A stretch of DNA of 64,000 nt, from positions 187,738,001 to 187,802,000 of the forward strand of contig NC_086097.1 of assembly GCF_963921235.1 (NCBI RefSeq). The letters are read 5' to 3'. Position 1 is the stretch's first letter. The number at the start of each line of letters is the position of its first letter. The translations under genes and the position numbers were made by a program. The notes under the pieces are model-generated. The model did no database searches. It worked only from the letters and a program-made list of their open reading frames with translations, and was not told where the DNA came from. Source of the stretch: Mobula hypostoma. Lineage: Eukaryota. Below, one piece after another: positions 14,001-25,152 of the stretch.

Positions 14001-14808
14001 CTTTGATTTCTCCCCTTAATCTCTCCATTACTTTTGGGTTATTGAGTATATGTGAGTTTAGCCTCCATAGTGTTTTCCTCATTTTCCTTTCCAGGATTAG
14101 AGACATAGAGACTGGGCTATGATCCGACAGATCAATTGTTGCAATATTACAGTTTTTTATCCTGAGTCTATCTGTATTAAAGATAAAGAAATCGTCTATC
14201 CTTGAATAGGCTGAATGAGGGAAAGAGTAATGTGTATAATCTTTACTAGTAGGGTGTAATTCCCTCCAGACATCTATAATTCCCAACTCCTCCATCAATG
14301 AATTCATTTTCCGAGTCAGAGGTTTATTCTGAGTAACTATTCTTGAAGAATCTAATACAGGATTTAATCTAATATTAAAATCTCCTCCACAAATTACTAC
14401 CCCTTGAGAACTGACCATTAGGTCAAAAATGTGTCTATAAAATGACCATTCACAACCTGGAGGAGCATAAACATTCAGCAATGTTATTTCTGTACCTTCT
14501 ATTCTTCCTGTAATTTTTACAAACCGTCCTTCTTTGTCTTTAGTCTCTGAAATATGTTCATAATTAAGAGTACTTGATATTAAAGTAGCTACCCCTCTTT
14601 TGTGACTCAATTTATATGATGAATAAAATACATGCTTAAAGCCCATTCTTTTTAATTTTCCATGTTCAGATTGGCTCATATGTGTTTCCTGGAGGAAAGC
14701 TATTTGTGCCCTCTCTTTTCTCAATTTAGACATAATCTTATTTCTTTTAATTGGATTCAAAACCCCATTAACATTATAGGAAATTATTTTTACCAATTCA
14801 GTTTGCAT
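11021..14808 (-). pseudogene. L1 ORF2 (apurinic-like endonuclease, reverse transcriptase, CCHC knuckle), disrupted
   Basis: Motifs SYNVNG, FLQETH, GGDFN, SRID, SDHSP; GTRQGCPISP, LFTDD; CWRRCGSKEANHFHIFWDC. Frameshift near 13400 and stops at 12119, 11840 and 11153. Confidence 0.93.
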
Positions 14809-15249
14809 TTTTCTCTAGTAGAAAAAAAACACTCTCCTTTTCTAAACAAACAGTAAGCAATCCCTTCTCAACAGTAAACCAAGACATATAACCACACCCT
14901 AGACATTTTTGAACATATAACATTTGAAAATTTTTCCCGACTTCCCACAGTGAGGCCTGAGCACCGACCCACTTCAGTTCAGAGGGATAACCTCTATCTT
15001 CACCCTGTGTTAGAGGGCCCTCAGCAGTTTGAATAGTCATAGAGAATTTTCTCCTATTTATGTCTCGACCAAATTGCTATCATTCAAGTTATTCCGCCTA
15101 GTTTATTTTCAGTTACCAGTTTTCATTTTACCTTTAAGTCCGATTTACTCTTTTCAGTCATTTCTCTTAATTAATCTGTGTTCTCTGTACATTCTGAATA
15201 TTTGCAGCTTTTCCTTGTAGTTTGACACTCTGGTTCGTGTGGAGCGTCC

Positions 15250-16095
15250 TCACCCCACTAACTGCCACGACTTCTGCCGAATCCTCTCCAGTAGCGACTC
15301 CGGTTGGGTGATAACTCTAATAGGTAGTCCCCGGTCCGCCAGGTCCAACGTTGCCTCCTCCACCGTAACGTAAGTTTTTGTCCCTTCGTCGTAAAAGACT
15401 TTCAGCCGAGCTGGATACAGGGTCTGAAATCTGATGTTGTTTTCCTTCAGGACCCTCCGTGTTTCCGCATATTCCTTCCGTCTGGCAAGAATCCCCAGTG
15501 CGTAGTCGTGGTCTAAACTGATTTTACAGTTGTTCCACATGAAATCTTTATTTTGCCATGCCCTTTTAAGCACCTCTTCCTTCGTTCTGTAACTGAGAAA
15601 TCTGACCAGAATCGATCTGGGCTGGGCGCCTGTTGGAGGCTGTGATGCCAACGCGCGGTGAGCCCTTTCTATCTGTAAGTCTTTTGCAGCCGGTTTATCA
15701 AGGTTCTCTCTAAGCAGCTTCTCTATGAAGGGAATCATCAATTCGGGTTTACCTTCAGTTCCTTCAGGAACTCTGTAAATCCTCACATTTTCCCTTCTTG
15801 AGCGGCCTTCTTGATCTATTAGTTTCCACTGGAGCTGGTCTTGAAGCTTCAGCATTTCTGCTATCACTTCCTCGGCGTTTTGTAGCTTCTCTTCAATTCC
15901 AACAATCCTCGCTTCGGCTTCATCTATCCTCGAGTTAGTTATTACTATTTCTCCTTTAATATCTTCCAGCTGTTTGCTGTTATCTTGTCGGAACTCGCGA
16001 ATCTCTCCGAGAATCAAAGACAGAGTCACCGATTCCCCCTCATTATCTCCGTCCTGGCTTGCCGTGGGGGAGCTAGGCCCCTCACCTTGCTGCAT
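15250..16095 (-). pseudogene. L1 ORF1p (coiled coil, RRM, CTD); the stop at 15250 is probably premature
   Basis: Motifs RSRRENVRIYRVPEG, IERAHRAL, PRSILVRF, LYPARLKV. The frame continues past TGA as GRSTRTRVSNYKEKLQIFR. Confidence 0.9.
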
Positions 16096-16369
16096 CTCTT
16101 TATGTTTATCAGCCTTTGGGCACTCATTTTTTTTAAATGATCTCTTTTGTGGTGCCCTTTGAAAGTCAACATCATACTGACTGATTGGGCCATATTATTC
16201 TGTTAATGAAAATGGTTTAATTTAATATCAGAGAATATATACAACCTGCAACTCTTACTCTTCTTGGACATCCATGAAGCAGAAAAACCCCAGAAGAATG
16301 AATGAGAGAAAGCATTAGATCCCCAAAGCCCCCCACCCCCATGCACAAAGTGCAATTAAGCCTCCCACT

Positions 16370-18395
16370 TTTGGAACTGAAACATTCCAAAAGACTTCAC
16401 TGCTTCCCGAACAACAAACCATGGGTCACCAGTGGTCTAAAGGCTCCTCTCAACCACAAAAAGAGAGCCTTTAGATCAGGAGACTGGGAGAAATTGAAAC
16501 GTGTGCGGAGGGAGCTAAAAGAGAAGATCAAGGTTGTTTAAGAGGAATACAGGAGAGAGATGGGAAAAAGCTTGGGCAGAGTTGCACATAGGAGGTGTGG
16601 AGCGGCATGAAGAACTTCACTGGCTTCAATCAGCCTAGCTGTAGAGCCTTGTAATGCAGCTGTGAATGGGATAATGAGGTAAACAAATTCTTCAATAGGC
16701 TTGACAATTGTCCTCCTGTTCACTCCTCCTCTCAGCACACCAGTCCAGGTGCCGAGGCACCCACACCTACCCTCCTCCTCTCCCCCCACCCTAGTTCAAC
16801 ACGTGGATCAACAACTCATAGGCTACCACTGTCTTAATCCCCTCCTTACTCTGCAGCTGCCATCCATATCTCCACATACCAACTTCACTCCCCACCTTTC
16901 ACCAACTCCCCAGCCATCACGGACTCACCTTCACTACTGAGCAGGTGAGAAGAGCTCTGGGGAACCTGAGGCATGGCAAAGTATTGGGATCAGATGGTGA
17001 GATCCAGAGGAGTGTGCTGACCAGTCGTGTGGAGTTCTCTAGTGCATTTTCAATCTGAGTCTCAGCCTGGAAAAGGTCCTGATTATGTGGAAAACATCAC
17101 GTGTGGTCCCAGTACCCAAGGAGGGCCAACTGAAAGTCTTGAATAACTACCGTCCAGTGGCCCTGACCTCACACATCATGAAGACCCCAGAGAGGCTGAT
17201 CTTGGCTCGCCTCCGATCCCTGGTCAGATCAGCGCTCAATCTCCTGCAGTTTGCCTAACAGGAGTACATTGGAGTCAATGATGCTGTCATCTACCTGCTG
17301 AACAGAGCCTACTCCCATTTGGATAAGTAGGGCAGTACTGTGAAGATCATGTTTTTTGATTTCTCAAGCACCTTCAATACAATACAGCCCTCATTATTGG
17401 GAGAAAAGCTCTGTTCCATTGTATCCTGGATAATGGACTACCCGACTGGCAAACCACAGTTTGTGTGGCTTCAGAGCTGTGTGTCAGACAAGATTATAAG
17501 CAGCACTGGGGCCCCACAGGGAGCTGTATTGGCTCTCTTCCTTCCTGCTTACCCTGTATACCTGAAACTTTAGAAACAACACTGAGTCATGTCATCTGCA
17601 GAAATTCTCTGATGACTCAGCAATAGTTGGGTGTATAAAGAGAGCACAAGAGGATGAATTCAGGGCTGTGGTGGAGGACTTTGTCAAATGGTGCAAGCCC
17701 TGAATCATCTGCACATGAACATCAGTAAGACAAAGGAGATGGTGATGGACGTTATTGAAGACTAAGGTTGCACTGGTCCCTGTTGCTATTGATGGTGAGG
17801 ATGTGGATATGGTGACGACCTACGAGTACCTGGAGTACTTGAGTGGAGCACCAACACAGAGGCTGCGTACAAGAAGGGCCAGAGTCACCTCTGCTTCCTG
17901 AGGGATACTAAGGACCGTTGAAGTATGCAGGCCTTTCCATCACATGTTCCACCAGTCTGTTTTACCAGTACAATCTTCTATGCGGTGGTACGCTGGGGTA
18001 ATGGAATCAACACGGGTCTTACCAACAAGCTCAATAAACCGATTAGAAAGGCTAGCTCTGTTATCGGAGTCAAACTAGACACACTGAGATTGTGGTAGAA
18101 CGAAGGACCCTATGGAAAATCCTGGCACTTCTGGACAACGTTTCTCACCCTCTGCATGACACCTTGGGTGAACAGAGGAACTCTTTTAGTCATAAGCTAA
18201 GGCAACTGCGCTGCTCCAAAGAGTGCTATATGAAGTAATTCTTACACTCAGCCATTAGGCTCTTTAATGAATCAACCTATAGCTGGGGAAGTGATGACAC
18301 CCCAACCCTCCAATGTTAGCCTGTTCAAGATAACTTATTTTTTATTCTTCTAATATTTGTATACCTGTGCAGTTGTAATGCTACTGTGACACTGA
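16370..18395 (+). mobile_element. Rex1/Babar-type LINE, decayed RT and 3' end
   Basis: Motifs FPNNKPWVT, NNYRPVALTSHIMK, MFFDFSSTFNTIQP, TGAPQGAVL, QKFSDDSAIVG spread across frames. Confidence 0.85.
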
Positions 18396-21092
18396 TTTTA
18401 TTTTTTTTCTTATATTCTAAATATTCATGTTTATTTTATATTTTAATTTTAATCGGTTTTTAAAGACAATTTTGAGAGTTATCTGTCACAACTGCTAATC
18501 AAGGACTAAGTGACATTTTGGGAAGCGGCGGGGGGATAGTACATGAAAAGAGGAATTGTCAAATAGGGTTTGCCAGATTTACCCCTCAGGATTAATCTTT
18601 GATTTGCATCAGCAAGCTAATTCAAACTTCCATTCCTTTACCAAGGAAATAAATTATATGAGATCATGATGACAGCAGCTTATCAAGAAAATAATCACTT
18701 CTGGAAATCAGCTTCCAAAGCATCTGGGATGAACATTTCTTCCTTTTGCTTACTAGGAGAATCCCAAGTGACATGGATGTGAGGATACTTGCCCTGTCTT
18801 GTGTTTGCATGCTTTGTCGCAGCAAAGATCACCAGGATGGCAAAATGTGTCTTGAAAATGAATCTCTGGATAGTCTATGATGACATCCTGTTCATACTTT
18901 GATAATAAATTTACTTTTGAACTTTGAAAAATCATTTAATATTTATATCTTTTACTTGTTTGTGAATGCAAATCCTTGCCTTCATCACTGGCCCCCGTTA
19001 CATGGAGTTGGGGTGAGGGTGAGTGTGAGCCATTCATTCAGTGCAGTGGACAGGTTGGCACTGCTCCACAGGTTGTGCATTATAAACCATAAATTTATGT
19101 TTTCCTGGAGTCTCTTACAACCCTGCTTATTAAATTGCAGAATTGTATATTGCCTGTCAATTTCGAAGCTTTGCACCCTACACATAGTTCCACATCATTA
19201 ATATAAAATACAGGAAAAAGAAGCAATGGGATGAGTACTGATCAGATTGGAGACCCTACAACACAGATCTGTCAAATCATATTAAAATGTACATAGTAAA
19301 TGTTTTAAAAAATCTTCTGCCCTCATAAAACTGAAGTGATAACAAAATCTGAAAATGCATACATATGCTACTGCTGGAAATTTCTGTGCAAAGACCCTAT
19401 TCACATTTGTGCAGTTTCAGATATTGTCAGATTGTCATTGTTTTGATTGTTGTTATTCCTTGGCTCTGTTTTGTCCTAACTCTGTATTCAAGTCAAAGTG
19501 GCCTTTATTTTCCTGTATGTGATTCATCAATTTGAATTGCTGTTGGAAACCTGACATTTTATGCTTGTTTGACTTCTGCTTTCAAAACCAGCATCATGAA
19601 TTTGTTCAGCCATCCTGCATGTATCTTATGCGTTTGGATGTGTGTGAAGGTTTGTGTATATATCTCTAAAAACAGGAACTGATACTGGCTAAAATTAATG
19701 TAGTTTATCTTAGCTAATTTATTAGTAGAAACATCCTGGATGATTTTACACAAATGTGCATATTGGTTTATGAAGCAGTTCATGGTCAATCATGCATGCC
19801 GCTAATTTTATTTTCAAGTTTTCACTCTTTCATCCTGAAGGTAGTGACTCATACTTCGGTTTTGATCACAGATGCTGCATCTCTTCAAAGCAAAGTATTG
19901 TGTTCTTCATTACTCAGCCTGTGTAGCTAGTGCCTTATTTAAGTGTAAAGGGCATTACTGCTGAGCCATGTAGGGTCCGATACTCATTCTGCAATAAGGT
20001 CTATTTAATGTCAATTAAAGAGGAACCTTTCCCTAGTGATTCTTCTTGCTGTAGACAAATGGGCTATATATTTATTTGAGACTCTTCAAATTAATGCCAT
20101 AATTTTTATCATTGTAGGAAGTGTCAATTTACCTCTGTTAGCGCTGTACAAGTTTGATTGCTTTAGTATCCATTTATCTTCAGCACCCAGTATTTGTTTC
20201 CATTCCAATCAATAAAACAGAATGTGGGCATGATTATAACAAGCAAACAATCTCATTCAACTCTTACTTGAGATAAATTTAAATTTCAGTCTCCACTTCC
20301 AAGAAAGCTCTGGTGCTGCAGAGAGAGGAAAGAAAGTCCTTGCTCATTTGAAAATTGGGCCAGTGGAATGTAATGCTGCTCAGTATGCACACTGGGGGTA
20401 GTATTAACAGATTCACATGACACAGAAGGTTGATTTTAGACTTCGTGTAACTCCACTCAACAGGATTATGACCGCAACGGTCATAATGTCGTAAGCTTTG
20501 AAGTACCTGTGTCATAATTTTCCCACCTGGACCTTCATCAAAGTGCCAGAGTAATGGCAGTTCAATTGCAATGAGTACTTTAGAAAGACTTCAAGGGACC
20601 ACAGGGACCATTCACTCAGTATTCTCCTTTAATTTTATAGGTTCATAGAAGAGAATATGGAACTTAACTGGAAGTAACATTAGGGCTCCTCTCTGAAACT
20701 CTACCCTCAAAATAAACTTCTTTTACAAAATTAGAAAAAGAGATTATTTTTGGAAAAGGCTGGAGAATGTTCCTCTTTTACATCTCCTTGGGTTACTTCA
20801 GACAACTCCAGAGCCTTGCAAGCATGCTACCTGCTACTTCAAATATAATCAACTCAACCTCACTGGAGGCAAGATCATTTCCGTCTGACTTTTACACTGC
20901 AAAGAAAAAAATTGCATTATCCTGTGTGGGAAATACAAATGATGATGATATGGTACCACAAGAGATGGGCTGAGTTTAAAGGCCAGAAAATACCCCAAGA
21001 ACAGCAAGAACTGTAGCTCTTGAAGTTAGAATGGAAGACACATTTACTGATATCCCAAGGAAAAAAGAAATAGAGTGCCACAACATTGCTTT

Positions 21093-21525
21093 TAGATAAA
21101 CAGATACTTTATTGATCCCAAAGGAAATTACAGTGTCATAGTAGGATTACAAGTGCACAGATATAAATATTAGAAGAGAAGTAGAAAGAATAAAACATGA
21201 GTTACCACAAACAGTCTAACAGGAGGAGGTCATCACTTCCCCGGCTATAGATTCATTCATTATAGAGCCTAATAACTGAGGATAAGAATGGCCCTCATAT
21301 GGCGCTGTTTGGAGTAGCGCAGTTGTCTTGGTCCATTACTAAAAGTGTTCCTCTGTTCAGCCAAGGTGGCATGCAGAGGGGGAGAAACACTGTACAGAAT
21401 TGCCAGACGAAGGGTCTCGGCCTGAAACGTCGACTGCGCCTCTTCCTATAGATGCTACTTGGCCTGCTGCGTTCACCAGCAACTTTGATGTATGTTGACA
21501 GAATTGCCAGGTGTTTTTGTAGGGT
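21093..21525 (-). mobile_element. Rex-type LINE 3' end (same family as 16370-18395), interrupted at 21407-21497
   Basis: Reverse complement matches about 18100-18395 and ends TTTGGGATCAATAAAGTATCTG. Confidence 0.8.
21407..21497 (+). mobile_element. 91 bp Penelope-terminus insertion with a partial minimal hammerhead ribozyme; 13 bp TSD
   Basis: TSD ACAGAATTGCCAG at 21394-21406 and 21498-21510. The insert begins (G)ACGA-AGGGTCTCGGCCT-GAAACGTC-GACTG. Confidence 0.8.
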
Positions 21526-21638
21526 TAAAATACCTCACTGCTGAAGATGGTCCTATTGCTGATAATTAAAATAGTCCCTATCCTATGACTATCCCAAACT
21601 GTAATGATCATTTTGCTTAAAAAAAAATCAGTTGATTT

Positions 21639-22400
21639 CACTGGACATTTTTTTTTTTTTGAAAGTCTTGCTTCCTGAGAATTTTTTTTTGTTTATGATA
21701 TGGTTTGAAGCTGAACACAAATATAATTTCAGACTACTTGTATCGCATAGGAATTTAGAGAAACAAGAATTTTTATTGAATATAATAGACTTAATTGCCT
21801 AACTGTGCTGATGCTTTGCAATAATTCGACTAAGCTAAAAATGCTTTGTTGGTGATTTCATTTGTACTCAGTGTCTTCTTGCTTAAGTGTCCAACAATAA
21901 TCAGCCAGCATTGATGGATTCCAATTGCCCTGATACAGTTTCTCCATGGCTGCAATGTCCAGATGAAACCTTTCACCATGCTCATCGCTGATATTGTTGA
22001 GATTTGCAGGGAAGAAGTCTAAATGGGAATGCAGAAAATGAATCTTTAGGAGCATGGTTGCACTTCATGATTTTGTGTGCTTGAAGAATGTTGACAACAT
22101 TTGCATGTAGTTTGGTGCTCTGTAGTTGCCAAGAAAATTTCCAATAACATCCTTGAATGCCTTTCATGTGATTTTCTCCGAGGCTACTAGAAGTTCTTTG
22201 AATTGTCGGTCATTGATGACCTGTTTGATTTGTGTACCAACAAAAATGCCTTCCTTAATCTTGGCATCAGTTATTCTGACTTGAATTATGAATTGAAATA
22301 ACAAATATAGATGATTTCAATTTTTTTTTAAAAGTGTGACAGGGAAATTTATGGTGATTTCCATGATCACCAGCCCAAAATCCATAAGGTACACCCAAAA
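21639..22400 (-). mobile_element. Chapaev3-like (CMC superfamily) DNA transposon relic, internally deleted
   Basis: CACTGGACA terminus at 21639. Minus strand reads DAKIKEGIFVGTQIKQV and KIHFLHSHLDFFPANLNNISDEHGERFHLDIAAMEKLYQGNWNPSMLADYCWTL. Confidence 0.72.
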
Positions 22401-23184
22401 ATCAAACTTCATTTCAGTAGAGAGACTGAAGAGAAACTCAGCCAAAATGCATGCAAATCTATTCAAATCATTTATCGTTACCCCTGCTTGCAATATTGCT
22501 CCAGCTGATAGGGGAGCAAGAGTCATTTCCTCTAATAAATCCTAAAATAGTATAGCAAATCTGATCTGAGAACAAAGATATCTATGTGGACAGCCACATC
22601 TCACAGAAAACAAGTTTCACGTAAACAAGCAAATGTGATATAATCACTTCTAATATATACAGATTCTAATTTCTTGGGAACAAAAGTAACTACCTTGATG
22701 ATAATTATACTATGAATTTACAAAACATGCACTTACGCTGGAAAATCTATCTATCGACTGATGTTACAGATGATAAAATCAGGAATCATTGTAGAGTAAT
22801 ATTTGTATAGCGTTATAAGATTAAGAACTTTTTTTAATGGTTGGTACAGGTTTGTTAGCATCTTCTGCAGATTAGCTTCCACACTTGGATGCTGCTCATT
22901 TTAATTCGAATATGAAGGAAGAAATTTGAATATACTTATTCTCTAAAGAAGCTAATGTATCTCTGCTAACAGTAGGAATGCAATATTTGATTCATAATTC
23001 TTTAAGCATAGTTAATAAAATTGAATCTACCTTCTAACATGACTTTTTCTCTGCCCTGCTTGTTCTGCTTATTCTTTTTTGCTTCACCAATATTATTTCC
23101 CTATAAGTTATCACAGAATTTAGAAATCGTTTTTACGTTTACATGTAGGAATCACTTTGGATCTTTTGTCTTTTTCTATTGTAG

Positions 23185-23346
23185 GAAATGACTTATTTCT
23201 GGTTGCAGTTCATGAGCTTGGCCATGCCCTTGGCCTGGAACACTCCAATGATCCCAGTGCAATAATGGCTCCATTTTACCAGTATATGGACACAGAACAA
23301 TTTCAACTGCCGCAAGATGACTTGCAGGGCATACAGAAGATATATG
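23185..23346 (+). CDS. MMP16: MT-MMP catalytic-domain exon (162 bp, phase 1-1; corresponds to exon 5 of MMP16)
   Basis: Pyrimidine tract and AG at 23183-23184; GT at 23347. Encodes [55 protein letters not shown] with HExxHxxGxxH and the Met-turn. Confidence 0.95.
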
Positions 23347-23374
23347 GTTTGTAACCATATTTGCTTACTTGCAT

Positions 23375-23522
23375 TGCTTGCACAATTTGTTTTTTTTTTC
23401 TCTGCACTTTGGGTGGTTGACTATATTCTTTTTTTTAATGTGGTCTATTGAGTTTCTTTCTTTTGTGGCTGCCTGTAAGGAGACGAATCTCAAGGTTGTA
23501 TAAAGTGTACACACTTATGATG
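23375..23522 (+). mobile_element. Rex-type LINE 3' tail fragment
   Basis: gaatctcaaggttgtata matches tails at 51860-51910 and (minus strand) 38200-38260. Confidence 0.6.
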
Positions 23523-23595
23523 TATGTTATCACCTTGCCACCCAGACATAATATTGATGTTGCCCATTCATATTGTGAGAAATGAAAAGTGCACA

Positions 23596-24792
23596 TGTAA
23601 CACCTGTGTAGCACCAGTCTTATCGCTTGTGACTAGTCGCCGCACTCTTTGAGAAAATCAGTCTACACTAGGTGCTAGTAGGCCATCAGAAGAATCCAGG
23701 TTTCGGAAGGAGGCAGTGAATAGAAACCACACACTTCTGGAGATAAGTTTTGTTTCTAAGGCAAAAAACAATATGTACAAAATACTTACATGAGCAAGAA
23801 CAATTCAAAATTCCAACTTTCTGTTTAGGTTTCAAATCCGGGATATCAAACCAAAACAAATTCCTTTTTAATTGGAATCAGTAAGATTCCTTTATTACTC
23901 TAATCTCTCTGACTAATTAGATCCAGTGTTATTCCCTATTTAAAAGTTTGCAGACTAATCTTTCCTTTTTACTTATCCCTAGTTTTAGTTAGAAAATCAA
24001 ATGCAATTCCTATTCTTAAGTATTATAGTTAACTTCAGTTTCAGGCAATATATCTACAAGTTTCAATTCAAATTCTAAAATTATACATACAGTTTAACTC
24101 CTTTCACGACAATTCTCCAACATTACAACTTTTAAACAAAGTAAATCTATTCAGTAACTTATCAAAGTCTTTGCAAAAATAATCAATTCTTGCAGAAAAT
24201 CAAATTCTGATTCTTCGAATGAAAATAACTTGTACATCCAACTTGTAAATCAGCGTCATGATACATTTTCGTTCCCGCACTGTTTCGTCAAATCTTGGGC
24301 AGCTCGTCATCTTCTTTCTTAGTTCATTGAAATGAAATAGTTTATCATCCAAGGGAAGTCAATTCACAAACTTGTACAAAAACTTGACCAAATCCCTTGG
24401 TGTGATTTTACAAAACTAATTCTCAACTACACGGTAGGGATCTTTGACACTCAACTCTGCCAATATTGTCTCATTATAGCTGCTGTGTGTTATAGCCATA
24501 GCTTCAATACATCTTTTGTCGCTATTGTTTCTCCTCCAGGGGTTTCACCCTGAGGTTTTCAAGTTAGTAGGGTAAAGATACTCACTACTAATTCCACTCT
24601 TAACAGTTTGTCTTTAGCTTCTAACTGTTGCTGCGTTTCTCTCATCCGTGCCTGCGTCAGCCATGCCCTGCCCTCACGTAGCATTCTTTTTTTCAAATTC
24701 TCTTCTTTTTAAATCGGTAAACCTCATTTTCCTCCCTTCGCAGTTGGAACTTACTAACATTACATCTTTGGGTTTAATTAAGCTGGGTTACA
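23596..24792 (-). mobile_element. Candidate solo LTR (1197 bp)
   Basis: Termini TGTAAC...GTTACA. Flanks CACA/CATG, both derivable from CACG. AATAAA on the minus strand at 23891-23896. No long ORF. Confidence 0.55.
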
Positions 24793-24934
24793 CATGGTTT
24801 TTAAAAACTGTGGCATTACATAAAATCAGTTTTATGCTCAAGTGGCAAGTTGAAAACCCATTCCCTTTTTAATATCCAGAAGTTATTAAATGTTGTTTAC
24901 AACTTTATGACTTTCCGTCTACATTTTTACATAG

Positions 24935-25152
24935 GCCCACCAGAAAAGATTGCACAACCAACAAAACCTTTAACCACAGTGCCACCACATCGCTCCAATC
25001 CACCATCAGATCCTCGGAAACCTAACAGACAACCACGACCTCCTCGCCCACCTACCAGGGATAAACCTTCCCATCCGGGTATTAAGCCCAATATCTGTGA
25101 TGGAAATTTCAATACATTGGCCATTTTACGTGGTGAAATGTTTGTTTTCAAG
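24935..25152 (+). CDS. MMP16: MT-MMP hinge and start of hemopexin domain exon (218 bp; corresponds to exon 6 of MMP16)
   Basis: AG at 24933-24934 and donor AAG|GTAAGA. In frame with the previous exon. Encodes [73 protein letters not shown]. Confidence 0.93.

Larger units (their letters stand above)
10467..16119 (-). mobile_element. L1-clade LINE, about 5.65 kb, lacking the 5' UTR, with TSD
   Basis: ORF1 and ORF2 (APE, RT, CCHC) present. Minus strand ends AATAAAAATAAAATTTAAAAAAAA. Flanks are GCACTC-TTTTTTTT (10461-10474) and GCACTCATTTTTTTT (16120-16134). Confidence 0.93.
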
